Shown piece after piece: positions 7,291-15,040 of a stretch of 28,429 bases of DNA (its first letter is position 1; each line of letters starts with the position of its first letter). This DNA is from a virus. Taxonomy: Duplodnaviria > Caudoviricetes. The translations under genes were made by a program, and so were the position numbers. The notes under the pieces were generated by a model. The model saw nothing but the letters and a program-made list of their open reading frames with translations. It ran no database searches and was not told the DNA's origin. Location of the stretch: the IMG/VR virus record IMGVR_UViG_3300037408_000622, positions 1 to 28,429 of that record, one strand, 5' to 3'.

Positions 7291-8178
7291 TCAGGGCAGC
7301 GCCAGTTGCTGCGGCGCCAGCGGTGACAGGATCTCCAGGACTTCGAGCACGGTCTCGATGCTGCCGATCGCCTCGCCGTCATAGCCGTACCGCACCTCGG
7401 TGCGCACTCGGCAGCGCAGGGCGTCGCCGGGCCGCACGTCTAGCTCCCGCCGGCGGAACCGCTGCAGCCACTCGCCGTGCTCGATGCGGGCGTGCACGAT
7501 GCGGCCCTCGTGCCGAAACTCCCACTGCGAGTCCCCCAGATAGTCGGGCTTCTTGACCTTGAGGATCTTGGTCGTCTCGTTGGCGATGGTTTCCTGGGTC
7601 AGCAGCTCGTCGATCCGCTCGGGGACGATCGAAAACGCCACGTTGAAGGGCACGGCATCGGCCTCCCGGGTGAAGAAGTCCGCACGATCGCCGGACCGCA
7701 GGTGACTGAGCGCGGCGTTGATGCGCGCGATCTGTGCGAGCAGCCAGCGCAGATCCGGCGGCGCGTAGGCGGGGATGTGGCGGACGTCGGTGTCCTCGGC
7801 GAGCTGCGCCAGGTCGGCCCCGAGCTGCAGCACCTCGGCCCGGTCCGTCACCTCGCTGCGCCGCCCGGTCCAGTCGATGACGGCCCGCTTCGCGCGGACC
7901 AGGTATTCGCCGACGCCCTTCTTCCAGTTCAGGTCCTTGAGCGCGTCGTCCGGCACGGCCTGCAGCACGGTGCGCAGCCACACCCGCAGCGAGCCGACCT
8001 CGATGTCCTCGAGCAGCAGCACGGGCTCGATGGACACGTCCACGCTCTTGGTCAGGACGGCGTCGAGGCCCTGGCAGGCGTTGATCAGGCCGATCAGCGC
8101 ATGAAACACCCGCGCGGGGCTTTCCGTACCCGGTTCAAAACCAATGGCGAGGCAGAAATCGGCCGCGGCGGGTGGCAT
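7291..8178 (-). CDS. Uncharacterised accessory protein A (295 aa, C-terminal OB-like beta domain)
   Basis: Long ORF with phage-like codon use and its own extended -10 (TGcTAAGCT, 8185-8193). Aligns by eye with 8268..9173. Confidence 0.8.
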   Translation of the reverse strand: MPPAAADFCLAIGFEPGTESPARVFHALIGLINACQGLDAVLTKSVDVSIEPVLLLEDIEVGSLRVWLRTVLQAVPDDALKDLNWKKGVGEYLVRAKRAVIDWTGRRSEVTDRAEVLQLGADLAQLAEDTDVRHIPAYAPPDLRWLLAQIARINAALSHLRSGDRADFFTREADAVPFNVAFSIVPERIDELLTQETIANETTKILKVKKPDYLGDSQWEFRHEGRIVHARIEHGEWLQRFRRRELDVRPGDALRCRVRTEVRYGYDGEAIGSIETVLEVLEILSPLAPQQLALP

Positions 8179-8267
8179 GCCGACAGCTTAGCAACCCCGA
8201 GGGTAGGTGCTCCGCACCGCTGGTGCCGCTCGCGCGGCCTTGGATCAGGGACCAGCGGGGGGCGGTC

Positions 8268-9173
8268 TCAACCAGGTTCGACGGGGAGGCGAATCTGCCG
8301 GGCCGCCTGGCGGTGCTCGAGCACCTCGGTGACCTCGTAGTCGGTGCGCACCCCGACGGGCGTCTGCCACTGGCGGACCCGCACCATGCACATCAGCGAA
8401 TCGCCCTTGGCGAACCGCTCGACGTTCTGGTCGACCCGCTGAATGAAACCGGCATCCGTGATGGTGGCGTAGATCGTGGCGGACCCATCGTAGAGCCGCC
8501 ACTTGTTGTCCTCGCGGAAGGCGAGCGAGACGATCGAAAACGCCATCCGGCGGACATCGTCGAGGATCAGCTCGTCTTCGACGGCCGGCGGGTAAAACCA
8601 CGCCCGCTCGGCCGCACCGACAGTCTCGACGATCTGCGCATCCGTGCCGCTCGCGAAGGTGTCCACGCCCTCCAGGTCGAGCGGCGCGAGCAGCTTGTCC
8701 AGGGCCTCGCGCACGGCCAGGTCCCGCAGCAGCGCGAGTACCTGCAGCTCGATGTCGAGCGCGTCACCTTCGACGACGAGCCGCGCCCGGCCCGGCGACA
8801 GCTCGACCTTCTCTATCCGCCGGCCACGCAGCCACTTGAGCGCCGCGACGAGCCCCTTGCGCCCTTGCCAGGTCACCAGCCCGAGAGCGCCGAGGATCTC
8901 CAGCGCGTTCGCCATGGCCGAGGCCGTCTCAGTCGCGAACAGGTCTCGAACCTTGAGCAGCCAATCCGTGGCCAGAGCGAAGTCGATGCCGAACGAGCCC
9001 GTCCTGAAGCTGCCGCGGACGTTGATCTGCGGCTTCGCCCGCTCGCCGCTCAGGACCCGCGTGGCGGCTTCCAGCAGGTCGCCAACAGCCAGCAGCGCCG
9101 GCGCCAGCTCGCGGACGTCCATTTCATGGTTGGCGAGCGCCGGCCCGTCGTAGGTGATGCGAAACGGGGTCAT
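8268..9173 (-). CDS. Uncharacterised accessory protein B (301 aa, distant paralogue of A)
   Basis: FRITYDGPAL..HEMDVRELAPALL...GSF..; C-terminus KW.L.DG..TIYATI.D..F..F.KGD.L. A TACAAT -10 lies at 9180-9185. Confidence 0.85.
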   Translation of the reverse strand: MTPFRITYDGPALANHEMDVRELAPALLAVGDLLEAATRVLSGERAKPQINVRGSFRTGSFGIDFALATDWLLKVRDLFATETASAMANALEILGALGLVTWQGRKGLVAALKWLRGRRIEKVELSPGRARLVVEGDALDIELQVLALLRDLAVREALDKLLAPLDLEGVDTFASGTDAQIVETVGAAERAWFYPPAVEDELILDDVRRMAFSIVSLAFREDNKWRLYDGSATIYATITDAGFIQRVDQNVERFAKGDSLMCMVRVRQWQTPVGVRTDYEVTEVLEHRQAARQIRLPVEPG

Positions 9174-9261
9174 GCAGTCATTGTAGTGCTTGACGTACGC
9201 CCCACCCCAATCCGCTCCAGCCCTCCGTCCCCCCGCCGCGCACCCACCCCGCCGCGAAAAG

Positions 9262-9303
9262 TAGCTTTATGCTATTGACTGACGAATAGCAGGCTGCTAC
9301 TTT
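9262..9303 (+). promoter_or_regulatory. PL promoter with two OL operators
   Basis: TTGACT(9275)-17-TACTTT(9298), with TAGCTTTATGCTA 9262-9274 and TAGCAGGCTGCTA 9287-9299 matching the OR consensus. Confidence 0.85.
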
Positions 9304-9346
9304 CCTCCCATGCCGCCCACCCGGGCGGTTCGAGCCGGAGGGAGCC

Positions 9347-9451
9347 ATGACCGAGCTGTTTCGCGCCGAGATCGCCACCGGGCTGGGCCTCGTCCTGGCC
9401 GGGCTGTCCGACGCCATCGCGGACTTCCTGATCCACCTGGTCGGGGGCTGA
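9347..9451 (+). CDS. 34-aa hydrophobic peptide, first PL gene
   Basis: GGAGGGAG RBS; MTELFRAEIATGLGLVLAGLSDAIADFLIHLVGG; the next ATG is 1 nt after the stop. Confidence 0.6.
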   Translation: MTELFRAEIATGLGLVLAGLSDAIADFLIHLVGG

Positions 9452-9452
9452 C

Positions 9453-9692
9453 ATGGCCATCGTCTGGACTGACAACCTCATCGACATCCGCCGCCGCCTC
9501 GCCGTGGCCTCCGTCGTCACCACCCGGGCGCGCCAGTGCGGGCTGCACGACCGCGCCGTCGCCGAGGTGCGCCGCTACGCCCTCGGCAAGCTCAAGGCCG
9601 GCGACACCGCGCACCGCGCCATCAAGGCCGGCAAGGTCTACGCCGCCGTCCGCGCCGGGATGGTCCGCTGGCCGCCCCAGGGGGCCGCGTGA
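9453..9692 (+). CDS. Hypothetical basic protein (79 aa)
   Basis: Strong GC3 codon bias; GTGA overlap with the next gene. Confidence 0.7.
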   Translation: MAIVWTDNLIDIRRRLAVASVVTTRARQCGLHDRAVAEVRRYALGKLKAGDTAHRAIKAGKVYAAVRAGMVRWPPQGAA

Positions 9693-9931
9693 CGCGCGTC
9701 AAGAAAGGCCGGCGGCGGGACGGCGCGCCCCGGATGCACCGCTACCGCGTCGTCGCGTGGTGGCCGAAGCAGGCCGGGTTCGACATCACGGTCGACGCCG
9801 ACTCGAAGCCGATGGCACGCCGCGCCGCGGAGCACGCCGCCGCGCTGTGCGGCTGGGAGATCAGCCGACCCAACCGGATCGACATCACCAAGGTGGCCGC
9901 CAATGACGGACGGCCGAGGAGACGAGCATGA
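9689..9931 (+). CDS. Hypothetical protein (80 aa)
   Basis: GTGA and ATGA coupling at both ends. Confidence 0.65.
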   Translation: MTRVKKGRRRDGAPRMHRYRVVAWWPKQAGFDITVDADSKPMARRAAEHAAALCGWEISRPNRIDITKVAANDGRPRRRA

Positions 9932-10275
9932 GCGCTACACAACCCGTCCCGGGCCTCGAGGTCGACTTCGAGCCGGATACCGAGGACCTCACCGCGCTGC
10001 CGGTCGACGCCGACGGCGAGTACGAGCCCTCGCCCTACCTGCAGGCCGTCGCCCAGCGCGTGCACCGCGTCATCGAGTCGGCCTGGTGGGACCAGCCGCT
10101 CTCGGTGCGCGACATCGCCGCGATCCTGTCCGAGGGCCTGTACCAGATGCACCGCGACATCCGCGCCGGCCAGAAGGTCGACATCGAGTACCTGGGCGCC
10201 TTCGAGCGGATCGGCATGGGCCAGCCCTGGGTGATCTACCGCGCGGCGGCCGAGCTGCTGAAGGAGGCGAAGTGA
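9928..10275 (+). CDS. HU/IHF-like protein lacking the DNA-binding arm, with acidic N-terminus
   Basis: LSVRDIAAIL...IRAGQKVDIEYLGAFE...VIYRAAAELLKEAK follows the HU pattern LS..D...l...l..GekV.l..fG.Fe...F.p...Lk. Confidence 0.6.
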   Translation: MSATQPVPGLEVDFEPDTEDLTALPVDADGEYEPSPYLQAVAQRVHRVIESAWWDQPLSVRDIAAILSEGLYQMHRDIRAGQKVDIEYLGAFERIGMGQPWVIYRAAAELLKEAK

Positions 10276-10550
10276 GCGCCGCCGACGTGACGATCTACAA
10301 GGAGCTGCCGCTGCGCGTCGAGTTCGACTACCAGCCGGCCGAGCCGCCCGAGCGCGGCCCCGAGGCGCAGTACCCAGGCTGCGCGGAGTCGGTTGACGTG
10401 ACCCGCGTGCTGCTCGGCGACATCGACGTCACGGCCACGCTGACCGCGGAGGAGATCGAGGAGATCGTCAGCGAGATCCTCGGGCAGCAGGCCGAGCCCG
10501 ACGTCCCGGATATGGACAACAGCTGGCAGATGCGCCGGGAGGCGTGGTGA
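10272..10550 (+). CDS. Acidic hypothetical protein (92 aa)
   Basis: AAGGAGG RBS and GTGA overlap; 21 D/E against 6 K/R by hand count. Confidence 0.75.
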   Translation: MSAADVTIYKELPLRVEFDYQPAEPPERGPEAQYPGCAESVDVTRVLLGDIDVTATLTAEEIEEIVSEILGQQAEPDVPDMDNSWQMRREAW

Positions 10551-10750
10551 TGAACCGCATGGTCTACCGCGTGCGCATCGTCCTGCGGGACGACGCGGGC
10601 ACGATCATCGAAGCACATCCCATCGCCGACAGCGCGCCGCAGGCACGGATTGCCGCCCTGCGCGCAATCGTCGATCTCGGCATCGGCGACGGCGTGCAGA
10701 TTCGCCGGATCGAGATCGTGCCGACACTGCCCGCGAGGCTAGCCGCGTGA
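10550..10750 (+). CDS. Hypothetical protein (66 aa)
   Basis: GGAGG RBS; TGATG and GTGA junctions. Confidence 0.7.
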   Translation: MNRMVYRVRIVLRDDAGTIIEAHPIADSAPQARIAALRAIVDLGIGDGVQIRRIEIVPTLPARLAA

Positions 10751-11697
10751 ACGACTTTCACACCATCCGCCGCACTGGGATCGGCGGCAGCGATGCCGGC
10801 GCCATCCTCGGCTTGTCACCCTACAAGACGCCGCTGGATGTGTACCTTGAGAAGGTCGGCGAGGCCGACTCGACCGAGGACACCGCGGCGACGTACTGGG
10901 GCCGCAAGTTGGAGGACCTGGTGGCCGAGGAGTACAGCGTGCGCACCGGCCGCAAGGTCGAGCGGTGCAACGACACGCTGCGCCACCCGGATGTGGCCTA
11001 CCTGATCGGCCACGTCGATCGGCTGGTGTGGGATGGCGGCCGGCCGCGGGTGCGCGGCCAGATCCGCACGCGCCGGATCCTGGAGTGCAAGACCGCCGGC
11101 GCGCACATGGCCGACCAGTGGGGACCCGAGGGCACGGACCAAATCCCGGAGGCCTACATCGCGCAGGTCCAGCACTACCTGTGCGTGACCGGCTGCGAAG
11201 TCGCCGACGTGGCGGTCCTGATCGGCGGCCGGGACTTTCGGGTGTACGAGATCCCGCGCGACGACGAACTGATCCAGTCCATGCGGTTTGCACTGGCCGA
11301 GTTCTGGGGCCACGTCGAGAAGCGCCAGCCGCCCGAGCCAACCACCCTGGCCGACATCGCCAAGCGGTGGCCGCGGGATACCGGCGGCCAGGTCATGGCG
11401 GACCCGGTCACGGTCGGCGCCGTGCAGGCGCTGCGCGAGATGAAGGCGCAGCACAAGGCCCTGGAGGCCGACATCGATGCGCTCGAGGCGGCCGTCAAGA
11501 AGGTCCTGACGGACCGCGCCACGCTGCTCGGTCCAGATGGTTACCCGCTGGCTACCTGGAAGACCCAAACCGCGAAGCGACTGGATCAGGCCCGGCTGAA
11601 GGCCGAGCACGCTGACCTGGTCGCGCAGTACACCACCGAATCCACGACGCGGGTGTTCCGGCTCGCGTCCCAGAAGGCACTCAAGGAGGCCGCATGA
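10747..11697 (+). CDS. YqaJ/lambda-exonuclease-family recombination nuclease
   Basis: RRTGIGGSDAGAILGLSPYKTPLDVYLEK, WG.KLE, HVDR, LECKT, IP..Y.AQVQHY. Confidence 0.95.
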   Translation: MNDFHTIRRTGIGGSDAGAILGLSPYKTPLDVYLEKVGEADSTEDTAATYWGRKLEDLVAEEYSVRTGRKVERCNDTLRHPDVAYLIGHVDRLVWDGGRPRVRGQIRTRRILECKTAGAHMADQWGPEGTDQIPEAYIAQVQHYLCVTGCEVADVAVLIGGRDFRVYEIPRDDELIQSMRFALAEFWGHVEKRQPPEPTTLADIAKRWPRDTGGQVMADPVTVGAVQALREMKAQHKALEADIDALEAAVKKVLTDRATLLGPDGYPLATWKTQTAKRLDQARLKAEHADLVAQYTTESTTRVFRLASQKALKEAA

Positions 11698-12569
11698 CTA
11701 CCGCACTCGCTACCCTCACCGGCAAGTTAGCCCAGCGTTTCGACATGGGCGACGGCCGCGAGCTGATCGACACGCTCAAGGCCACCGCGTTCAAGGGCCA
11801 GGTGTCCGACGCGCAGATGACGGCGCTGCTCGTCGTCGCCAGCCAGTTCGGGCTCAACCCCTGGACCAAGGAGATCTATGCCTTCCCCGACAAGAACGGC
11901 ATCGTCCCGGTGGTCGGCGTCGACGGCTGGACCCGGATCATCAACAACCACGAGGCGTTCGACGGCATGGAGTTCGAGCAGGATGCCGAGTCCTGCACGT
12001 GCAAGATCTACCGCAAGGACCGCGGCCACCCGACGGTGGTGACTGAATACATGACCGAGTGCCGGCGCGACACCGGGCCGTGGAAGTCCCACCCGCGGCG
12101 GATGCTGCGCCACAAGGCCATGATCCAGGCGGCGCGCCTGGCGTTCGGCTACGGCGGCATCTACGACCAGGACGAGGCCGAGCGGATCCGCGACATGGGC
12201 GAGGCCGAGCGCGTGGACGCGGCGCCTGAACCGGCCAAGGCCGGCGTGAAGGCGCTGAAGGCCAAGGTGCAGGCCAAGCAGAAGGGTCAGACGCTCGCGG
12301 CCGTCAGCGAGGCCATCAAGGCCGCGCAGACCGAGGCCGACCTGGCGGCGGTGGCCGATCTCGCCGGCCAGTTGCCAGAGGACGATCGCCGGTCCGCGCG
12401 CGAGCACTGGCTGTTCCGCCAGCGCCAGATCCGCGAGGCGGCGCAGACCGTGGACGTGGACACACAGACCGGCGAGATCCTGGACGCCAGGCAGGACGCC
12501 GAGCTGCGCCAGGTCGAGGACAAGCAGGTTGTCGAGGACTTCTGGCAGGACGAAGGGGCCGCGGCATGA
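11694..12569 (+). CDS. bet: Single-strand annealing recombinase Bet
   Basis: TLKATAFKG.VSDAQM.ALL.VA.QFGLNPWTKEIYAFPDK.GIVPVVGVDGW...PW.SHP.RMLRHKAMIQ.ARLAFG..GIYD.DEAERI. Confidence 0.95.
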   Translation: MTTALATLTGKLAQRFDMGDGRELIDTLKATAFKGQVSDAQMTALLVVASQFGLNPWTKEIYAFPDKNGIVPVVGVDGWTRIINNHEAFDGMEFEQDAESCTCKIYRKDRGHPTVVTEYMTECRRDTGPWKSHPRRMLRHKAMIQAARLAFGYGGIYDQDEAERIRDMGEAERVDAAPEPAKAGVKALKAKVQAKQKGQTLAAVSEAIKAAQTEADLAAVADLAGQLPEDDRRSAREHWLFRQRQIREAAQTVDVDTQTGEILDARQDAELRQVEDKQVVEDFWQDEGAAA

Positions 12570-12766
12570 CCGACTACCACTACAGCACGGAGTCCAAGGT
12601 CACCAAGGCCCAGGAGCGCGTGATCGGCAAGTTCTGCACGCGGTGCCGCAGGCACAAGGCCGCGGCCGGCGGCGAGACGATCAAGGCCGGCAGCAACCAG
12701 ACGCGCTGGGTGTGCGCGCCGTGCGCGAAGATCGTCAGGGAGCACAAGCGATGGGCGGCGAAGTGA
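12566..12766 (+). CDS. Small C4 zinc-finger protein
   Basis: FCTRC...RWVCAPC; coupled at both ends. Confidence 0.7.
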   Translation: MTDYHYSTESKVTKAQERVIGKFCTRCRRHKAAAGGETIKAGSNQTRWVCAPCAKIVREHKRWAAK

Positions 12767-12966
12767 TCGAACCCCGCCCCTGCCCGTTCTGCTGGGCGCT
12801 CGGGAAAGACCTCGAGCTTTCGGAGATCTCGCCGGGCACCTGGGCCGTGGCCTGTACCGAGTGCGGCGCGCAGGGGCCGAGCAACCACCTGGCCGAGGAC
12901 GAGTCTGTCGCCTGGCCGAACGCGACAATGAATCAGGCGGTCGCAGAATGGAACCGGCGGGCATGA
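12763..12966 (+). CDS. Lar-family (restriction alleviation-like) zinc ribbon
   Basis: PCPFC....V.C.ECGAQGP....AV.EWNRR. Confidence 0.8.
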   Translation: MIEPRPCPFCWALGKDLELSEISPGTWAVACTECGAQGPSNHLAEDESVAWPNATMNQAVAEWNRRA

Positions 12967-13283
12967 CAGACGATACCCGGATGACAGTTGACGCCGGCCG
13001 CGCAACAGCAGATATCACGGCGTTGCGCCGCTGGGTACGAGAGCAGGAGGACGAGATCGCGCGTCTAAAGGCCGATGTGACGCACTACCGCCGCATCGCG
13101 GAGACGCGGCACTTCGAGGACGCGCAGCACGATGCGATCAACGCCAAGGCGCAGGCGTACTTTGCGGCGCTCGCCGCCCTGGTCGAGCACCTGCACCCCG
13201 GCCAATCGCTGACGGACATGGAACGCTGGGATGCGCCGTGGCCGCAGGTGGTGGAGGCGCTGGGCAATGTTCCTGACGCCTGA
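12963..13283 (+). CDS. Hypothetical coiled-coil protein (106 aa)
   Basis: ATGA overlap; heptad-like segment ALRRWVREQEDEIARLKADV. Confidence 0.65.
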   Translation: MTDDTRMTVDAGRATADITALRRWVREQEDEIARLKADVTHYRRIAETRHFEDAQHDAINAKAQAYFAALAALVEHLHPGQSLTDMERWDAPWPQVVEALGNVPDA

Positions 13284-13467
13284 CGACCTGCGAGACCTCA
13301 CCGGACTGCGGCGCGCCTCGGCGCAGATCCGTTGGTTGTCCGCGCAGGGGTTGCGGTTCGTGCTCGGCGCCGACGGCAGGCCGCGCGTGCTGCGCGCGGA
13401 GGTCGAGGGTAGGCTGCTGTCCAAGCGGCCGGCACGGGAGCCACGGCTGCGCGTGGGGGCACTGTGA
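13267..13467 (+). CDS. xis: Excisionase, DUF4224 type
   Basis: MFLTPDDL.DLTG.RR.SAQ.RWL...G..F....DGRP.V; GGAGG RBS; directly precedes int. Confidence 0.8.
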   Translation: MFLTPDDLRDLTGLRRASAQIRWLSAQGLRFVLGADGRPRVLRAEVEGRLLSKRPAREPRLRVGAL

Positions 13468-14432
13468 CGCCAGTCCGCCTCAAGCACATGCACTACCGCC
13501 ACGGCGCGTACTACTACGTCAGGCGCGTCGGCGGCAAAGTCGTGTGGAAGCGCCTGAGCGCGGACCTGTCCGAAGCCGTGCGCCTGTGGCAGCAGATCGA
13601 AGGCGAGGCGTCGAAGCCGCTGACCCGGACGGTGGCGGCGGCCATCGACCGCTACCTGCTGGCCAAGGCGGACAAGCTCGCCGAGTCCACCGTCGAAGCC
13701 TACGGCAAGCACCGCAAGCGGCTGGAAGCGGCCTTCGCCGAGTTCGGCGACGTTTCCCAGATCAAGGCCACGCACGTCTATGAGTACCTGGACGCGCGCT
13801 CGGCCAAGGCATCCGGCCGGCAGGAGATCAAGTTGCTGTCCGCCGCGCTCGGCTACGTTCACAGACTCGGGTGGATCACCGTCAACCCCTGCCGCGGCGT
13901 CGAGCTACCAGCGGTCAAGGCTCGCCGCCGGGCGTTGTCGGACGGCGAGCTGGCGGCGCTGCGCGAGGCGGCGAATCCGAAGATGAGGTGCCTGATCGAC
14001 CTAGCCTTGCTCACGGCCATGCGGCAGGGGGACCTGCTGCGGCTGCGCCTATCGGACCTGACGGACGACGGCATCCAGGTGGAGCACGGCAAGACCGGCG
14101 CCAGGGTGCTGTACCAGTGGTCAGACGCGCTGCGTGAGGCCGTAGGCCGCGCCAAGCGGCTTCGCAGGCGGGTGGGCTCGGTCTACCTATTCGCGGACGA
14201 CCGCGGTGCGCCTGTGAAGTCTGGCGCGGTCCAGACGGCGTGGATCAGGCTGTGCCGCCGGGTCGGCGTGCAGGACGCGCACTTCCACGATCTGCGCGGC
14301 ACGACCTTGACCCTGGCCAAGGAGAAGGCGGGCATCGACTACGCCCAGCAACTCGCGGGCCACGCCTCGGCGACCATGACCGAAGCCTATGTGGCGCGCA
14401 GGCAAGTGACGAAGGTGAGGCCGATCCGGTAG
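13464..14432 (+). CDS. int: Tyrosine integrase
   Basis: N-terminal arm-binding beta sheet (HGAYYYVR). Catalytic residues in TAMRQGD, HGKTG, FHDLR, LAGH and TEAY. Confidence 0.95.
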   Translation: MTPVRLKHMHYRHGAYYYVRRVGGKVVWKRLSADLSEAVRLWQQIEGEASKPLTRTVAAAIDRYLLAKADKLAESTVEAYGKHRKRLEAAFAEFGDVSQIKATHVYEYLDARSAKASGRQEIKLLSAALGYVHRLGWITVNPCRGVELPAVKARRRALSDGELAALREAANPKMRCLIDLALLTAMRQGDLLRLRLSDLTDDGIQVEHGKTGARVLYQWSDALREAVGRAKRLRRRVGSVYLFADDRGAPVKSGAVQTAWIRLCRRVGVQDAHFHDLRGTTLTLAKEKAGIDYAQQLAGHASATMTEAYVARRQVTKVRPIR

Positions 14433-14458
14433 GCGTGGGAATTTTCTTCTCTGGTTGC

Positions 14459-14486
14459 TTGACACAGTAGCGTTAGCGTGTATACT
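14459..14486 (+). promoter_or_regulatory. Near-consensus sigma70 promoter of the cargo operon
   Basis: TTGACA-16-TATACT; the spacer holds a tandem TAGCGT TAGCGT. Confidence 0.75.
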
Positions 14487-14528
14487 TACCCTCAAGAGAA
14501 GCGAACACCAACCCACCGGAGAGCAGAG

Positions 14529-14738
14529 ATGACGATCAACGAGCAGAGAGTTCTTGAGGCACTTAGGGCGCAGTCAGAGTGGGAAGATAAAGGCTGGGGC
14601 TGCGTATACCTGGACAACGCCAAAGACTGTGTGTCCGACCTTTCTAGAAGGCAGTTCGCCGGATACCTTTCGGCGCTTGAGGCAAAGGAACTTTACCGCA
14701 CAGGAGACGAGTGCTTCGGGTACGTCAAAACGAACTAA
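14529..14738 (+). CDS. Small cargo protein 1 (69 aa, winged-helix-like)
   Basis: GGAGAGCAGA leader; helix LSRRQFAGYLSALEAKELY followed by a beta hairpin; AT-richer than the flanks. Confidence 0.75.
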   Translation: MTINEQRVLEALRAQSEWEDKGWGCVYLDNAKDCVSDLSRRQFAGYLSALEAKELYRTGDECFGYVKTN

Positions 14739-14747
14739 CAGAAACCA

Positions 14748-15023
14748 GGCGCCAAGGACGGCGCCAACCAGGAGAGCAGACATGATGAACAGACAGATCA
14801 GCGCCGACCAGCTCGCAGTGCGGTACCTGCTGAATGGCGACCAGAACGGGCTCCGCCGGCTGAATGCCGAGATCCGCAGACAGATCGGTGAGGAATGCCC
14901 TAACTGCGGCGGGCGGTCCATCGAAAGCAACGGCTGCAACGGCTGCGACGCCGGCTACCTCTGCACGGACTGCGGCCACCAGTGGGAAGCCTAGCCATGA
15001 ACCCGGCGCCAAGGACGGCGCCA
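14748..15023 (+). repeat. 19-bp hairpin repeat GGCGCCAAGGACGGCGCCA x2
   Basis: Exact copies at 14748-14766 and 15005-15023, each about 10 nt after a stop codon. Confidence 0.9.
14782..14994 (+). CDS. Small cargo protein 2 (70 aa, zinc ribbon)
   Basis: Same GGAGAGCAGA leader; CPNCG...CNGC...CTDCGHQW. Confidence 0.75.
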   Translation: MMNRQISADQLAVRYLLNGDQNGLRRLNAEIRRQIGEECPNCGGRSIESNGCNGCDAGYLCTDCGHQWEA

Positions 15024-15040
15024 CAGCAAGCGGGTGAAAT

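Noticed and set aside
9310-9906. 198-aa ORF starting at the predicted PL start site
   Set aside because: Rich in P/R/S and overlaps three better-supported coupled genes.
14748-15023. 19-bp repeats as a mini-CRISPR array or att duplication
   Set aside because: Only two copies, separated by a complete ORF with RBS. They behave as intergenic RNA hairpins.
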